Shown here: positions 42,396 to 52,985 of the stretch, one piece after another
Numbering within the stretch: position 1 is the first letter of the stretch
Layout of the letters: the number at the start of each line of letters is the position of its first letter
Origin: Alphaproteobacteria bacterium
Lineage (GTDB): Bacteria; Pseudomonadota; Alphaproteobacteria; Bin95
Direction of reading: 5' to 3'
Length of the DNA stretch: 64,000 bases
NCBI GenBank assembly: GCA_965205265.1
Contig: CBDBGH010000003.1
Coordinates: 2,336,001 to 2,400,000 of the forward strand
Translations under genes and position numbers: made by a program
The notes under the pieces: model-generated
What the model was told of the DNA's origin: nothing
The model's input: the letters and a program-made list of their open reading frames with translations, nothing else
Databases searched by the model: none

Positions 42396-42580
42396 CGGAT
42401 CCCCTCTCCAATACCCAGGACAGACGAAGCTTATCCCCCGGGCATGCCGGGTCAATCGCATCGTCCTGCCAACGACGGATCCGACGTCGCCGTTGCCCGG
42501 TCCCTGCCTTCGCACAAGCCCGGTGCGAGGGGCGCGCCGCGACAACCGGGCCGGCTCATGCATGCTTTCCGCCGCCCGGC

Positions 42581-45500
42581 TCAATCGTCATGCATCGTCA
42601 TGGCGAGATGCAGCGCGCGCACCTGCTCCAGCAGGATCCGCCGCTGCAGCTCGATCTCGCGGGTCTGGACGCGCGCCTGCACCCGGCGTTGCTCCTCCTG
42701 CTCGGGTTCGCGGAGAGGACGCCAGCAGCCGCGTCCGGTCAACTTGCCGAGAGAGAGCCGCCGCTCCCCGAGCGGGCCGTCGTCCGAGCGCCGCGTGACC
42801 TCGACCGTGCAGAGGTCGTGCATCCGGTTGCGTCTCGCCTCCCTGCCCATGAGCCGCCCCTCGAAATGCACGACTTGCGGCAGGCTGTCCGGCCGCCGGC
42901 GCGCCGCATCCGTTCCCTCGTCCCGCGCAGGAACGAGCTCCGCCCAGCGCAGGCGGTCGCCCTTGAAGACCTCGCCCTTGCAGTCGAACTCGAAGATCGC
43001 CGTGGGCTCGCCGCACTGCCGGTCGAGCTCCGCCTGCCTGAGACGCTCATGGCCCCAGTCTGCGATATGCACCCCGCAGTTCCTGAGCACCCGGACGGGG
43101 ATCGTTTCCTGCGTTCCTGCGGCCCTGTGCCCCCGCACCGAGGCAAGCCAGCGGACCGTGACCGTGTCCGCCCGGTAGCGCCCGCCGCTCCAGCCGGAGT
43201 CGACCACCACGGCCTCGTTCTCGTCCCCGTCGCGCCAGCGCCGGAGGCGGAGGCGGTCGCCCTCGACCAGCGGCGTCCTGCCCCGCCAGCGGAGGCTGAA
43301 ATCGTGTTCCGCGTCCGGGTCGCGAAGCCGCGCCGCCGCCGCGCGGGTCATCTCCGCGATGCGCTCGCGGTCGGCCTCGGGAACATGCCGGCGCTCGTTC
43401 GCGGTCTCCATGGCCGTCTCGATGCGTTCGAGGTCCCGGGGACGGCTTCGCCAGTGGCCCCGCGCGCGAAGGCTGCGGTCGGCGAGCGCCGAACGGGCCT
43501 CCTCGACGAACCGGCCGTTCGCATCGCGCCAGCCGGAGGCGCCGTCCAGCAGCGACAGGGGCACGCCCTCCTCCTTCGCCTGCTCCTCCAGCCCATGTCT
43601 CCGCCTCTCCAGCTTCTTCAGATCGCGCAGCAGCGCCCGGACCCTGGCCCACTCCGCGGCGCGGGCGGCCTGCTCGTCGACCGTCTCCTGGAGTCGGCGC
43701 CGGGCCGCCGCTTCCAATGCGCGCTCCTTCGCAAGCCGTCCGGCCTCCGCGACAACCCTGCCATGGCCGGGATCGTGGAACGGCAGCACGTCCCGCGCCT
43801 CGGCGGCGGCGCGCGCCTTCACCAGCCGGCTCTTCACCCCGACGAAGCGGTCGAGCGGATCGTGGGCCTCCAGGCGCTCCAGACCGGCCACGATCCTCGC
43901 CCTTGCATTCGGCACGCGGTCGAGATGGATGGCGTAGGTCTTCCGGTCGTCCCGGATCGCCTCGCCGGTCTTCCGGAGCGCGCGCGCTGTCTCCGACAGC
44001 GGGCCGTAGCCCGAGAGCTCGGCCATGGAGAGGTTCGGGTCGTCTTCCTCCCGCCGCCGGCGTTCCGCCTCGCGCCGGAGGCTATGCCACTGCCTGCCGT
44101 GCCGGCGCGCGTCCGCTAGGAACCCGTCCACCGTGCCGCGCGCCTCGCGGCATTCGCGGTCGTAGTTCAGGATGCGGTCCGCCAGCGCGGCGGCGGCCTC
44201 CGGCAGCTCCTTCCGTTCGGAGAATGCCTCGGCCTCTGCAACGAACGCGGCCCAGCCCTCCAGGTAGAACGGCGGAACGCCTTCGTCTTTGGCTTGCTTC
44301 AGAACCTCCAGGCGCGCCGCCGCCAGGGACGCCCAGGCTTCGTCCCGCTCCCTGAATGCCGCCAGTTCCTCGACGGCGCCCGCGATGGCGTCGTTTTCCT
44401 CCGTGAGCCGGTCGAGATGGGGGCGCCAGGCGCCGGCCTGCATGGCCTTCCAGCGTTCGCCCGCCGCCTGCGAGCGCTCCGCCCAGAACGGCCATTCCTC
44501 CAGCACGGTCGGCGGCTCGCCGCCGGCGCGCGCCTCCAGCTCGCCATGCTCTTCGACCAGCCCGGCCGTCTGCTCGCGGAAGGCGGAGATATCGGCCAGT
44601 CGCTGCTCGCAGGCTACGGCTGCGGCAATGACCTCCTCGACCGACGCCCGTATGCCGGTCGGCAGCAGGCGGTATTCCGAGAGCGCATGCGCGACCTTGA
44701 CAAGCTCGCCATGGCCGTCGGCGTGGAACGGAATCGTGCCGGCCGCTTCCGCCCGGCGGTTCACCTCCGCGCGGACCGGCTCGAAGTTCAGGACGGCATC
44801 GTCGAGGTGGAGCAGCGCGTCGAGGTCCTCCAGGCGCCCACCGATCCGCTGCCCCGCCTCGCCCGCGCGTGCGCCCGCGTCTTCGAGCAGCGCCCTGCCG
44901 TTCGCGGTGAGCCGCCCGGTCCTCTCCCGCCAGGCCGGGTAGTCCTCCAGCTCGGCAAGCGGCCGATCCGTCGCCGCCGCCTCGCGCTCCAGCTCCGTCC
45001 GCCGTCCGGAATGGAGGTCCAGAAGGCCCAGGAACTCGGCCGCGCCGCCGTCGCCCTCGCGGCAGTTGCGGTCATAGGCAAGCAGCCCGTCCGCGACCTC
45101 CCGGATGGAAGCGGGAAGGTCCGGATGTTCTGCAACCAGCACCCGCGTCCGTTCGATCAGGCCGCCGTAGCCTTCCACCCGGAACAGGATCGTGCCTTCG
45201 CTTCGCGCCTTCTCTTCCAGCGCGGTCCACTCCTCGCGCGGCGACCAGGCCGGCAGCAGCCCGGGGATCGACAGGTCCTCCGCATCCGGGCCGATCTCCT
45301 CGCCCACCGCCTCCAGCGCCGTCGCCCGCTCGCCGGTATGCGCTTCCAGCACCTCCACCAGCTGCTCGCAATTATCGGTCAGCACCACCGCACTGTCCCG
45401 CGCCCGGCTGATCTCCACATAGAAGGTCGACTGGTCGGTCAATGCCCCGTGGCCCGAGTCCAGCACCGCGATCACGCCGTCCGCCGTGCTGCCCTGCGCG

Positions 45501-48064
45501 CCATGCACCGTCGAGCTCCAGGCATGGTCGAGATGCCGCAACTGCGGATCGCTGTGCCTGAGCGAGAGCTTCCGCCCGTCGTCCAGGGCGAACCGCACGC
45601 GATCCTTGGTTATCGCCATCACCTCCGCCTGTTCGCCGTTGACGAGCTCCCGCTTCCTGTCGTTGCGGGTCCAGCGGATGCGGTCGCCCGCCCTGATCCC
45701 GATCGGCCGCGTCTCGTACACCTCGATGCGGTAGCGGGTGCGGCCCCGCTCCGGCACGACATGGCGCGGCCTGCCGTCCGGGTGCAGAAGCAGCAGCCGG
45801 TCGCGGTCGATGCCGGTGACCGTCAGTATCTCGTCCTTCCTTACCCGGAAGTTCACCATGTCCTGGTTGAACAGCACGGTGTCGCCTTCGCGGTAGTTGC
45901 GCACGTCCGCCATCTCGGCGCGCGTCATGCCGAGCCCAACCAGGCGCTCGATGCGCAGCGTCCTTCCCCGGAGCGCGCCCTCCGCCGCCAGCGCCTCGCG
46001 CACAGCCGCGTTGATCTCCGCCCTGAGCTCGTGCGTCGGCGCCACCAGCAGGGTCTGCGTCCGCGTATCCGGGTCGAGCGAGAGCCAGGCCTCCGCCGCC
46101 TTCGCTCCCAGTTCGTCCCAGGGGACCTCATGCACGCTGCTACCGAGCAGTTCCATCGCCTCGCCCGGTTCTCCTTCCAGTACCGCATTCACGGCCCCCC
46201 GCAGCTTCGGCTCCCGCTGGCGGAGGATCTCGTTCATCTCCGCCGTCGCCATGCCCGCCTTCTGGAGCAGCCGGAAGGGCTGGCCCGCCTCCACCGCGCG
46301 CAGCTGGCCCCGGTCGCCCACCAGCACGAGGCGCGCGACTTCGAGTTCGTCGGCAATCCGCATAAGGCGCTTCATCTGGTCGGTCGAGACCATCGACGCC
46401 TCGTCCAGAACCAGCACCGCACCCCGGTACTGCTCCTTTAGCCGCTCGATCGCGGGACGGCTGCCTTGCCCGATTCCCGGCCTGTCCCCGCCACCGAGCG
46501 GGGAGTCGGTCTCCACGGACCGGCAGCGGGCGAGGAACCATTGCAGGGTCTCCGTCGCCATGCCCGTCTCGCGCCCCAGCACCCGCGCCGCGGCGGTCGA
46601 GGGCGCCAGGCCCATGACGAGCCGCTTGCCAGCGAGTTCGCGCACATGGCGCAGCATGGTCGTCTTGCCGGTCCCGGCGCGGCCCTGCACGCCGACGACC
46701 CTGTCCGGCGTCAGCAGGATCGTGCGTACCGCCTCCTCCTGCCCCTCCGTGAGGCCGGCGCCCGCCAGATGCGCCGCAACCGCCTTCCCGGCGGCAAGCG
46801 CCGTGCTCTCACGCAAGCCGGCCTTCATCATGGCGATCACCGCGCGTTCCGCCTTCAACGCCCGGTCGGTCACGAACGACCGGTCCGAATTGCGAAGCCG
46901 GGCCTCGACCAGATGCGCGTCCTTCACCAGGCACGAGATCGCCTCGCGCACCTCCTCCAGCGTGTGCCGCCCCGGCGAGTGGCCGAGCGCGAGGGCTTCC
47001 AGATGATGCGCGGCGAACACCGACTGCCGCTCCTCAAGATGCCGCATCGTCCGCCATGCAATCTTCAGCGCCGAGGGAACCGCCGGCAGCGAAACCCGGC
47101 CCCGCGAGCGGCGCACGACCGGAACCTCCCCGAGCTCCTCGGCCCGCGCCGCCCAGATCGTCCGCAGCATCGCGTGTAGCGGCTCCGCCTTGCGCTTCCG
47201 CGTCGCCAGCGCCGCAATATCTGCCGTCGCCTGGCTATGGTCCCAGCCCTGCTCGTCCATATACGCTTTCATCTCCTCGCTGCGGGACGAGAAGGCTGTC
47301 TGGATGCGCCGGTCGTAGCCCGCAATCTCGAAGCTCCGCATGCGCCCCGCCATCGCCGGCAGGACCGAATAGCCCTTCGCGATCAGCCGCCGCGCCAGCT
47401 GGTCACGGTAGTAGGCCCCGAACAATATGGCGTTCCGGTGCAGCTCGGTCGGCTCGACGCTCTTCCACCGGCCCTCGCCGTCGCGCGTCATGTTGGCGAC
47501 CACCGCGTGCGTGTGCAGCTGCGGGTCGAGGTTCCGGCTCGCGATGTGCCGGAACAGCGCCGCCGCCATGCCGTGCCCCTTCACGCGCGGACGCCTGCCG
47601 GTCGCGGGATCGTAGCCCCGCGTCTGGAGCTTCGTCTCCTCGATCCAGTCGAGCGTCGCCTTCACCGCTTCGTCATGGCAGCGCAGCACGCCCCGGTCGC
47701 CGCGCGGATGCTTCCGCGTCGGTAGCAGCGCCGCCAGCGACACCGATTTCGGCGCGGAGAAGGTGATGTCGAAACCCGGACGGTGCTCGTGCTTGCCGTC
47801 GCGCTTTCGGCCGAGGCGGATGTTCGTGCCCAACACATGGCCTCGAAGGATCGTCTCGAACGTGGTCGCCGAGACCTTCTGCCCCTCCTTCAGCCCGAGC
47901 GCCGCCAGGGCCTGCCCGTGCCAGGCGCTCGCAAGCCGGTGCTCCGCCGCCTTCGCGCGCGCCGCCTCCCGGTCGCCGCCTGTCGCCGCGTAGTAGCCGC
48001 CCTCCTCGTGGAAATACTCCGCTGTGGAGGACGACGACGTCAGATTGCGGACCTTCGCGACCAT
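42581..48064 (-). CDS. MobF (TrwC/TraI-type) relaxase-helicase with long C-terminal extension
   Basis: N-terminal YF/YY, FDITFSAPKSVS, DPQLHTH HUH motif; helicase motifs GRAGTGKT, LDEASM, GDRGQL, TVHGAQG, SRAR. Confidence 0.95.
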   Translation of the reverse strand: MVAKVRNLTSSSSTAEYFHEEGGYYAATGGDREAARAKAAEHRLASAWHGQALAALGLKEGQKVSATTFETILRGHVLGTNIRLGRKRDGKHEHRPGFDITFSAPKSVSLAALLPTRKHPRGDRGVLRCHDEAVKATLDWIEETKLQTRGYDPATGRRPRVKGHGMAAALFRHIASRNLDPQLHTHAVVANMTRDGEGRWKSVEPTELHRNAILFGAYYRDQLARRLIAKGYSVLPAMAGRMRSFEIAGYDRRIQTAFSSRSEEMKAYMDEQGWDHSQATADIAALATRKRKAEPLHAMLRTIWAARAEELGEVPVVRRSRGRVSLPAVPSALKIAWRTMRHLEERQSVFAAHHLEALALGHSPGRHTLEEVREAISCLVKDAHLVEARLRNSDRSFVTDRALKAERAVIAMMKAGLRESTALAAGKAVAAHLAGAGLTEGQEEAVRTILLTPDRVVGVQGRAGTGKTTMLRHVRELAGKRLVMGLAPSTAAARVLGRETGMATETLQWFLARCRSVETDSPLGGGDRPGIGQGSRPAIERLKEQYRGAVLVLDEASMVSTDQMKRLMRIADELEVARLVLVGDRGQLRAVEAGQPFRLLQKAGMATAEMNEILRQREPKLRGAVNAVLEGEPGEAMELLGSSVHEVPWDELGAKAAEAWLSLDPDTRTQTLLVAPTHELRAEINAAVREALAAEGALRGRTLRIERLVGLGMTRAEMADVRNYREGDTVLFNQDMVNFRVRKDEILTVTGIDRDRLLLLHPDGRPRHVVPERGRTRYRIEVYETRPIGIRAGDRIRWTRNDRKRELVNGEQAEVMAITKDRVRFALDDGRKLSLRHSDPQLRHLDHAWSSTVHGAQGSTADGVIAVLDSGHGALTDQSTFYVEISRARDSAVVLTDNCEQLVEVLEAHTGERATALEAVGEEIGPDAEDLSIPGLLPAWSPREEWTALEEKARSEGTILFRVEGYGGLIERTRVLVAEHPDLPASIREVADGLLAYDRNCREGDGGAAEFLGLLDLHSGRRTELEREAAATDRPLAELEDYPAWRERTGRLTANGRALLEDAGARAGEAGQRIGGRLEDLDALLHLDDAVLNFEPVRAEVNRRAEAAGTIPFHADGHGELVKVAHALSEYRLLPTGIRASVEEVIAAAVACEQRLADISAFREQTAGLVEEHGELEARAGGEPPTVLEEWPFWAERSQAAGERWKAMQAGAWRPHLDRLTEENDAIAGAVEELAAFRERDEAWASLAAARLEVLKQAKDEGVPPFYLEGWAAFVAEAEAFSERKELPEAAAALADRILNYDRECREARGTVDGFLADARRHGRQWHSLRREAERRRREEDDPNLSMAELSGYGPLSETARALRKTGEAIRDDRKTYAIHLDRVPNARARIVAGLERLEAHDPLDRFVGVKSRLVKARAAAEARDVLPFHDPGHGRVVAEAGRLAKERALEAAARRRLQETVDEQAARAAEWARVRALLRDLKKLERRRHGLEEQAKEEGVPLSLLDGASGWRDANGRFVEEARSALADRSLRARGHWRSRPRDLERIETAMETANERRHVPEADRERIAEMTRAAAARLRDPDAEHDFSLRWRGRTPLVEGDRLRLRRWRDGDENEAVVVDSGWSGGRYRADTVTVRWLASVRGHRAAGTQETIPVRVLRNCGVHIADWGHERLRQAELDRQCGEPTAIFEFDCKGEVFKGDRLRWAELVPARDEGTDAARRRPDSLPQVVHFEGRLMGREARRNRMHDLCTVEVTRRSDDGPLGERRLSLGKLTGRGCWRPLREPEQEEQRRVQARVQTREIELQRRILLEQVRALHLAMTMHDD

Positions 48065-48280
48065 GGGCCGGGATCATAGGGGGATTTCCCGCGGCCGGAG
48101 ACGATGCAGACGGGTAGTGGGCCGATTACGACTTCGTGAACGGCCCGTTGTGGATAGCAGGGCGTCTGGCGGTGAATTCCGGTTGATGGCGAAATCCTCG
48201 CTCTCCAGAATCGGCCCTGCGAGGCGCAAGTCTGTCTCGCCTGTTTTTCATGGTCCTGTCCGAATTCCGGAGACAACCCG

Positions 48281-49402
48281 ATGTCGAGGCGTGCCGTCAC
48301 CGAGGCCCGGGTCAGGGCGCTCAGGCCCCGCAAGCGACCGTGCGATATCCGTGACTCGAGACTCACGGGCTTTGGCGTTCGGGTTCTGCCGTCGGGCCGG
48401 AAACGATACTTCATCCAGTGTCAGCATCGCGGAGACCGGATCTGGAAGATCATCGGCGGTCCGGAGACGATGACGGCCGGCGAGGCGCGTTTCCGCGCCG
48501 ACGAAATGCTCGCCTCGGTCCGCAGAGGCGAGGGCCTGCCGTTCAGGCCCGAGGAGACCGTCTTCGAGGCGGTCGCGGAAACCGTGTTCGAGCGCTATTC
48601 GCGGGTCTGGAAGCCGGGAACCCTCGATGTGAACCGGGCCTATCTGAGAAAGCAGCTCCTGTCGCATTTCGCGGGGCGCCAGATCGCCGACATCGACCGG
48701 AAGGACGTCCGAAACTGGTTTGCATTGCTCCACGCAACCCCGGTCGCGGCGGACAGGTCGATGCCGGTGCTTTCCGTGATAATGACGGAAGCGGAGCGGA
48801 TGGGCTTTCGTCCGGAGGGCTCCAACCCGTGCAGGGGAATCCGGCGCTACCGCAGGAAAGGCAGGGAGCGCTTCCTTAGCGACGAAGAGATCCTCCGTCT
48901 TTCGGCAAGGCTGGCGGCTCACGCCAACAAGCGGCCGATGGAGGTTGCCGCCGTCCGGCTTCTTCTCCTCACCGGCTGCCGCAAGAACGAAATCGTGACC
49001 CTGCGCTGGTCGGACTACCGCGACGGCCACCTGTTCCTGCGCGACAGCAAGACGGGGCCCAGAACGGTCTGGTTGTCGCAACCGGCGCGGGCCGTCCTCG
49101 ATACTCTCGGGCGGACGCGAAGCTGGGTTTTTCCGTCGCCTCGAAAGAACCGGCATCAGGGGGAGGGCTGGTTGTTGTATTTCTGGCATCGGGTCCGCGC
49201 CGAGGCCGGCCTGGACGAAGTGCGGCTTCACGACCTGCGCCATACCCATGCCAGCTTTGCCCTCAGGCAGGGAGAAACCGTTCTGACCATAAGCAGGCTA
49301 CTCGGACACCGCAGCGCCGTAACCACCATGAAATACACGCATCCGGCCGATGCGATGATCCGCGAAGCCGCCGAGACGGTCGGCGCCGTGCTGGAGGCTT
49401 GA
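48281..49402 (+). CDS. Tyrosine recombinase (pair 1, member A)
   Basis: D..LTGFGVRV arm domain; LTGCRK, SKTG, HDLRH, LLGH, TMKY. Confidence 0.93.
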   Translation: MSRRAVTEARVRALRPRKRPCDIRDSRLTGFGVRVLPSGRKRYFIQCQHRGDRIWKIIGGPETMTAGEARFRADEMLASVRRGEGLPFRPEETVFEAVAETVFERYSRVWKPGTLDVNRAYLRKQLLSHFAGRQIADIDRKDVRNWFALLHATPVAADRSMPVLSVIMTEAERMGFRPEGSNPCRGIRRYRRKGRERFLSDEEILRLSARLAAHANKRPMEVAAVRLLLLTGCRKNEIVTLRWSDYRDGHLFLRDSKTGPRTVWLSQPARAVLDTLGRTRSWVFPSPRKNRHQGEGWLLYFWHRVRAEAGLDEVRLHDLRHTHASFALRQGETVLTISRLLGHRSAVTTMKYTHPADAMIREAAETVGAVLEA

Positions 49403-49405
49403 CCC

Positions 49406-50671
49406 TTGGCCGGCCGGAAACGCAAGCGGACCCGACTGACCGACAGCGGCATCGCCCGCCTGCGGCCCCGCGAGAGGGAATACACAGTCTGGGACAGCCG
49501 CTTGGAAGGACTTGGGGTAAGGGTCCGGCCTACGGGCGGGCGCAGCTACATCCTGTTCAGGAAGACGAGGGGCCTCTGGCGGCGCGTCTCGCTCGGGCCG
49601 GTCTCGGCCAGGAGCGTCGACGATGTGCGCCGCGAATACCGCATGGAAGGGCAGGAGACGGGGTCGCGCAAGAAAACGGCCGCGCCCAAGGTTCCGCTGT
49701 TCCGGGACTTTGTCTCGGGCGCGTGGAAGGAAGTCCATTTCGACAATTACAAGCCGTCGACCCGAAGACGCGCGCGAATCACGCTCGAACGGCATCTCGG
49801 GCCAGTTTTTGGATCGAAACGGCTCGACCGGATCACTCCGACCGCCGTGAGGCGCTGGTTCGACAGATACAGCAGAAAGGCGCCGGGCGGAGCCAATCAC
49901 GTTCTGGGCACTCTTCGGCAAATCATGAATTTCGCCATTGCATGCGGCCATGTCGAAGCCAACCCAACGCGGCATATCAGGCTCAATCGCCGCCCCCGAC
50001 TCACGCGGTTCCTGTCCCGGGAGGAGATCGGCCGCCTCCACAAGGCCCTGGACGAAAACGACCGCAAGTGCGGCGGCCCGCAGGCGGATATCATCCGGCT
50101 GCTGCTTCTGACCGGATGCCGCAAAAGCGAGATCGTCCAACTGCGCTGGTCGGAAATCGACGATGACATGCTGGTTCTGGCCGATAGCAAGACGGGGCCG
50201 CGAAAGGTTCCTCTCAACCGGCCGGCCCGGCTGATCCTGGAACGGCAGCCCTGGGATGGGAGCGGTTTCGTGTTTCCCTCTCCAGAGGACCCCGGCCGTC
50301 CGCGCGGCTCCGAACTCGGTCTTTGGTACCGGATCAGGCGCGAAGCTGGGATCGTGGATGTCCGTCTTCACGACCTGCGTCACACTTATGCGAGCCATGC
50401 GGTGATGAACGGCGTGCCGGTGCCGGTGGTCTCCCGCCTGCTCGGCCATTCCAATGTCAGCATGACGCTGCGCTATGCCCACCTCGCAGACCGCGAAGTG
50501 GAGGCTGCGGCGGAGCGGGTCGGACAAGCTCTCGGGACCGTCATGGGCCTCGATTGCCTGGGACCTTCCGGCCTGTCGGCTAACGACGTGCCTTGCGACG
50601 AAAGCACCGCCGCACTTCCCTCCGGCGAGACGGGATCGGCAGAGTTATCTGGCGGTCAACCGTCGCTATAG
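49406..50671 (+). CDS. Tyrosine recombinase (pair 1, member B)
   Basis: WD..L.GLGVRV; LTGCRK, SKTG, HDLRH, GVPVPVVSRLLGH, TLRY. Confidence 0.93.
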   Translation: MAGRKRKRTRLTDSGIARLRPREREYTVWDSRLEGLGVRVRPTGGRSYILFRKTRGLWRRVSLGPVSARSVDDVRREYRMEGQETGSRKKTAAPKVPLFRDFVSGAWKEVHFDNYKPSTRRRARITLERHLGPVFGSKRLDRITPTAVRRWFDRYSRKAPGGANHVLGTLRQIMNFAIACGHVEANPTRHIRLNRRPRLTRFLSREEIGRLHKALDENDRKCGGPQADIIRLLLLTGCRKSEIVQLRWSEIDDDMLVLADSKTGPRKVPLNRPARLILERQPWDGSGFVFPSPEDPGRPRGSELGLWYRIRREAGIVDVRLHDLRHTYASHAVMNGVPVPVVSRLLGHSNVSMTLRYAHLADREVEAAAERVGQALGTVMGLDCLGPSGLSANDVPCDESTAALPSGETGSAELSGGQPSL

Positions 50672-51092
50672 CCGGAGCCGGACTTCATCGCATGTCCGCA
50701 CCTCGATCCCGGTCTCGCGTGACTACAGGCTTCGATGGGCGGCCGAATTTCGCCGCGCCGGATCGGCCGCCAACCGCCGCCAACGGCGCCGGTTCCCGAG
50801 CAGCCAGAGAAGCTTCCTGAAGGACCGGCCTCGACAAGGAGCCTCGCGGCCAGGCGGTGCAGGACAGGATCAGCCGGGCGAGTTGGGATAAAGTTGGTCG
50901 GGTTGCCCGGGTATCGGGAATCCCGGGTATTCGCCGGTATGGTCGCGGCGTGAGTGCCCATTCTTGTTGGGGTTGGTGAGAACGCCGTGCGCGGCGCTCT
51001 TGACGGAGCGGCGGACCTCCGTCTCGTGCCAGCGAATGTTGAACGCTGCGTAAGGGAAGCGGCGTAAGCGGTGCGCGAAGGGCACCCGGCTT

Positions 51093-52734
51093 TCAGCTTG
51101 ACGGCGGGATGAAGTTCCAGGGAAGTAGGTCGTCGATGCGGCTGTTGGGGTGGCCCCCCGCCTTCGCAGGGGCAGGCTCCGGCGATTTTCTCCAGCGTGT
51201 CCTTGAGCCAGGCGTAGGGCTCAACGCCGTTCATCTTGCAGGTCTCGATGAGGCTGGCGATGCGGCCCCATGCGCGCGCGCCCTCGTCGTGGCCGGCGAA
51301 CAGTGCGTTTTTCGCGGTGAGCTTGATCGGCCGGATGCGATTTTCGACGAAGTTGCTGTCCATCTCGACGCGCCCGTCGCGCAGGAAGACCAGCAGCCCG
51401 TCCCACTGGTTGGCGATATAGGACAGCTTCTCGCCGAGCCGGGACTTGAGCGAGACGAGCGAGCGCTGCTCGGCGAGCCACAGGCCGAAGGCATTCACCA
51501 GCGGCGCGGTCTCGGTCCAGCGGACGAACTGGCGCGTCGCCGGCGGCTTACCCCGGATCTTCTTCTCGATGGCATAGAGCTGCGCGATGCGGTCCAGTCC
51601 GGCCTTCGCGATCGGCGAGCCATTGCTGTCGAACACCGTCTCGAGGCCCCGCCTGGCATGGACCCAACAGGCAGCCCGCGTCAGCGCCCCGCCCGCCCGG
51701 TTCGGCCGAGCCAGTCGGTTGTGGCCGGAGTAGCCGTCGATCTGCACCGTTCCCCTGAAGCCCTCGAGAAGCCTCTCGCCATGCTTGCCGCTACGCCCGG
51801 GCGCATACTCATACGCCACGCCCGGCGGGTCCGCCCCGGACCAGGCCCGCTGGTCGCGCGCCATCGTCCACAGATAGCCGGTCTTCGTCTTGCCCCGGCC
51901 CGGGTCGAGAACCCGAACCGTGGTCTCGTCCAGACCCAGATTGTTCGACGTCTTCAGCGCCGCCTTCAGGCGGTCATACACGGGCCCGAGGTGGAACGCC
52001 GCCTTGCCGACCCAGCCGGCTAGGATCGAGCGGTCCAGCTCCAGCCCCGAGCGGGCGTAGATCCGGCTCTGACGATAGAGCGGGGTGTGGTCAGCGTATT
52101 TCGAGATCAGAACATGGGCGATGGCGCCTTCAGTCGGCAGCGCGCCCTCGATCAGCCGGGCCGGCGCCGGCGCCTGGGTGACGCCTCCCTCGCAGGTCCG
52201 GCAGGCGTATTTCGGGCGCACGGTGACGATCACCCGCAACTGCGCCGGCACGATGTCGAGCCTCTCGGCGCGATCTTCCCCGATCCGCACCATCTCCCCG
52301 CAGCCGCAGGGGCAGAGCGTGCTCTCCGGCTCGATCACCTGCTCGATCCGGGGCAGGTGTTCCGGCAAATGGCCGAGATTGCGCGCCGGACGAGGCCGCT
52401 TCGCCGAGCGCGCCGGCGACGGGTCTTCCGGCGGCGCCGCGGCCTCCACCTCCGCAGACGCGCCCTCAAGCTCCTCGAACGCCAGCTGGCGTTCGTCCGC
52501 CGACAGCTTCTCCGACCTCTTGCCATACAGAAGCCGGATCAGTTCCAGGTTCAGATGTTCCAGACGGCGGATGCGTTCGGCCTGCGCCTCGTTCTCACCC
52601 GCCAGACAGGCCTTCTCTTCCGCCAGCGTCTCGTTCTCGGCACGCAGCGTCTCCAGCGCCGCAAGCGCCTGCCTCGCGGCCGCCGCCTGTTCGGGCGTCA
52701 GCGTGTCGAGGTCCATCTCCGCAAGCGCAGCCAT
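51093..52734 (-). CDS. tnpC: IS66 transposase TnpC; extreme C-terminus frameshifted by the 22-nt insert, so the ORF reads on to 50656
   Basis: Full DDE region intact including DGRVEMDSNFVENRIRP. Confidence 0.9.
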
Positions 52735-52787
52735 GGCTCACCCGATAGCACAGTGTCGCGGAGCCGCAGGCCGCGATCCGTGCGGTG

Positions 52788-52985
52788 AGTCATTCCGCCT
52801 CGGCCGGCGCCCTGACCGACAGCGCCCGCACGCGACGCCAGTCCAGGCCCGCGAACAAGGCCTCGAACTGCGCATGGTTCAACGTCATCGCCCCGTCCCG
52901 GATCGCCGGCCACACAAAGCCTTGCTCCTCCAGGCGCTTGTAGACCATGACCAGGCCGGTCCCGTCCCAGTAGATCAGCTTCAGC
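52788..52985. repeat. 198-bp direct repeat (IS1634 target duplication; 3' part of tnpB)
   Basis: Repeats at 54902-55099. Confidence 0.93.

Noticed and set aside
50656-51092. Long C-terminal extension of TnpC (692-aa ORF)
   Set aside because: Caused by the 22-nt insert frameshift reading through the IS end into flanking DNA
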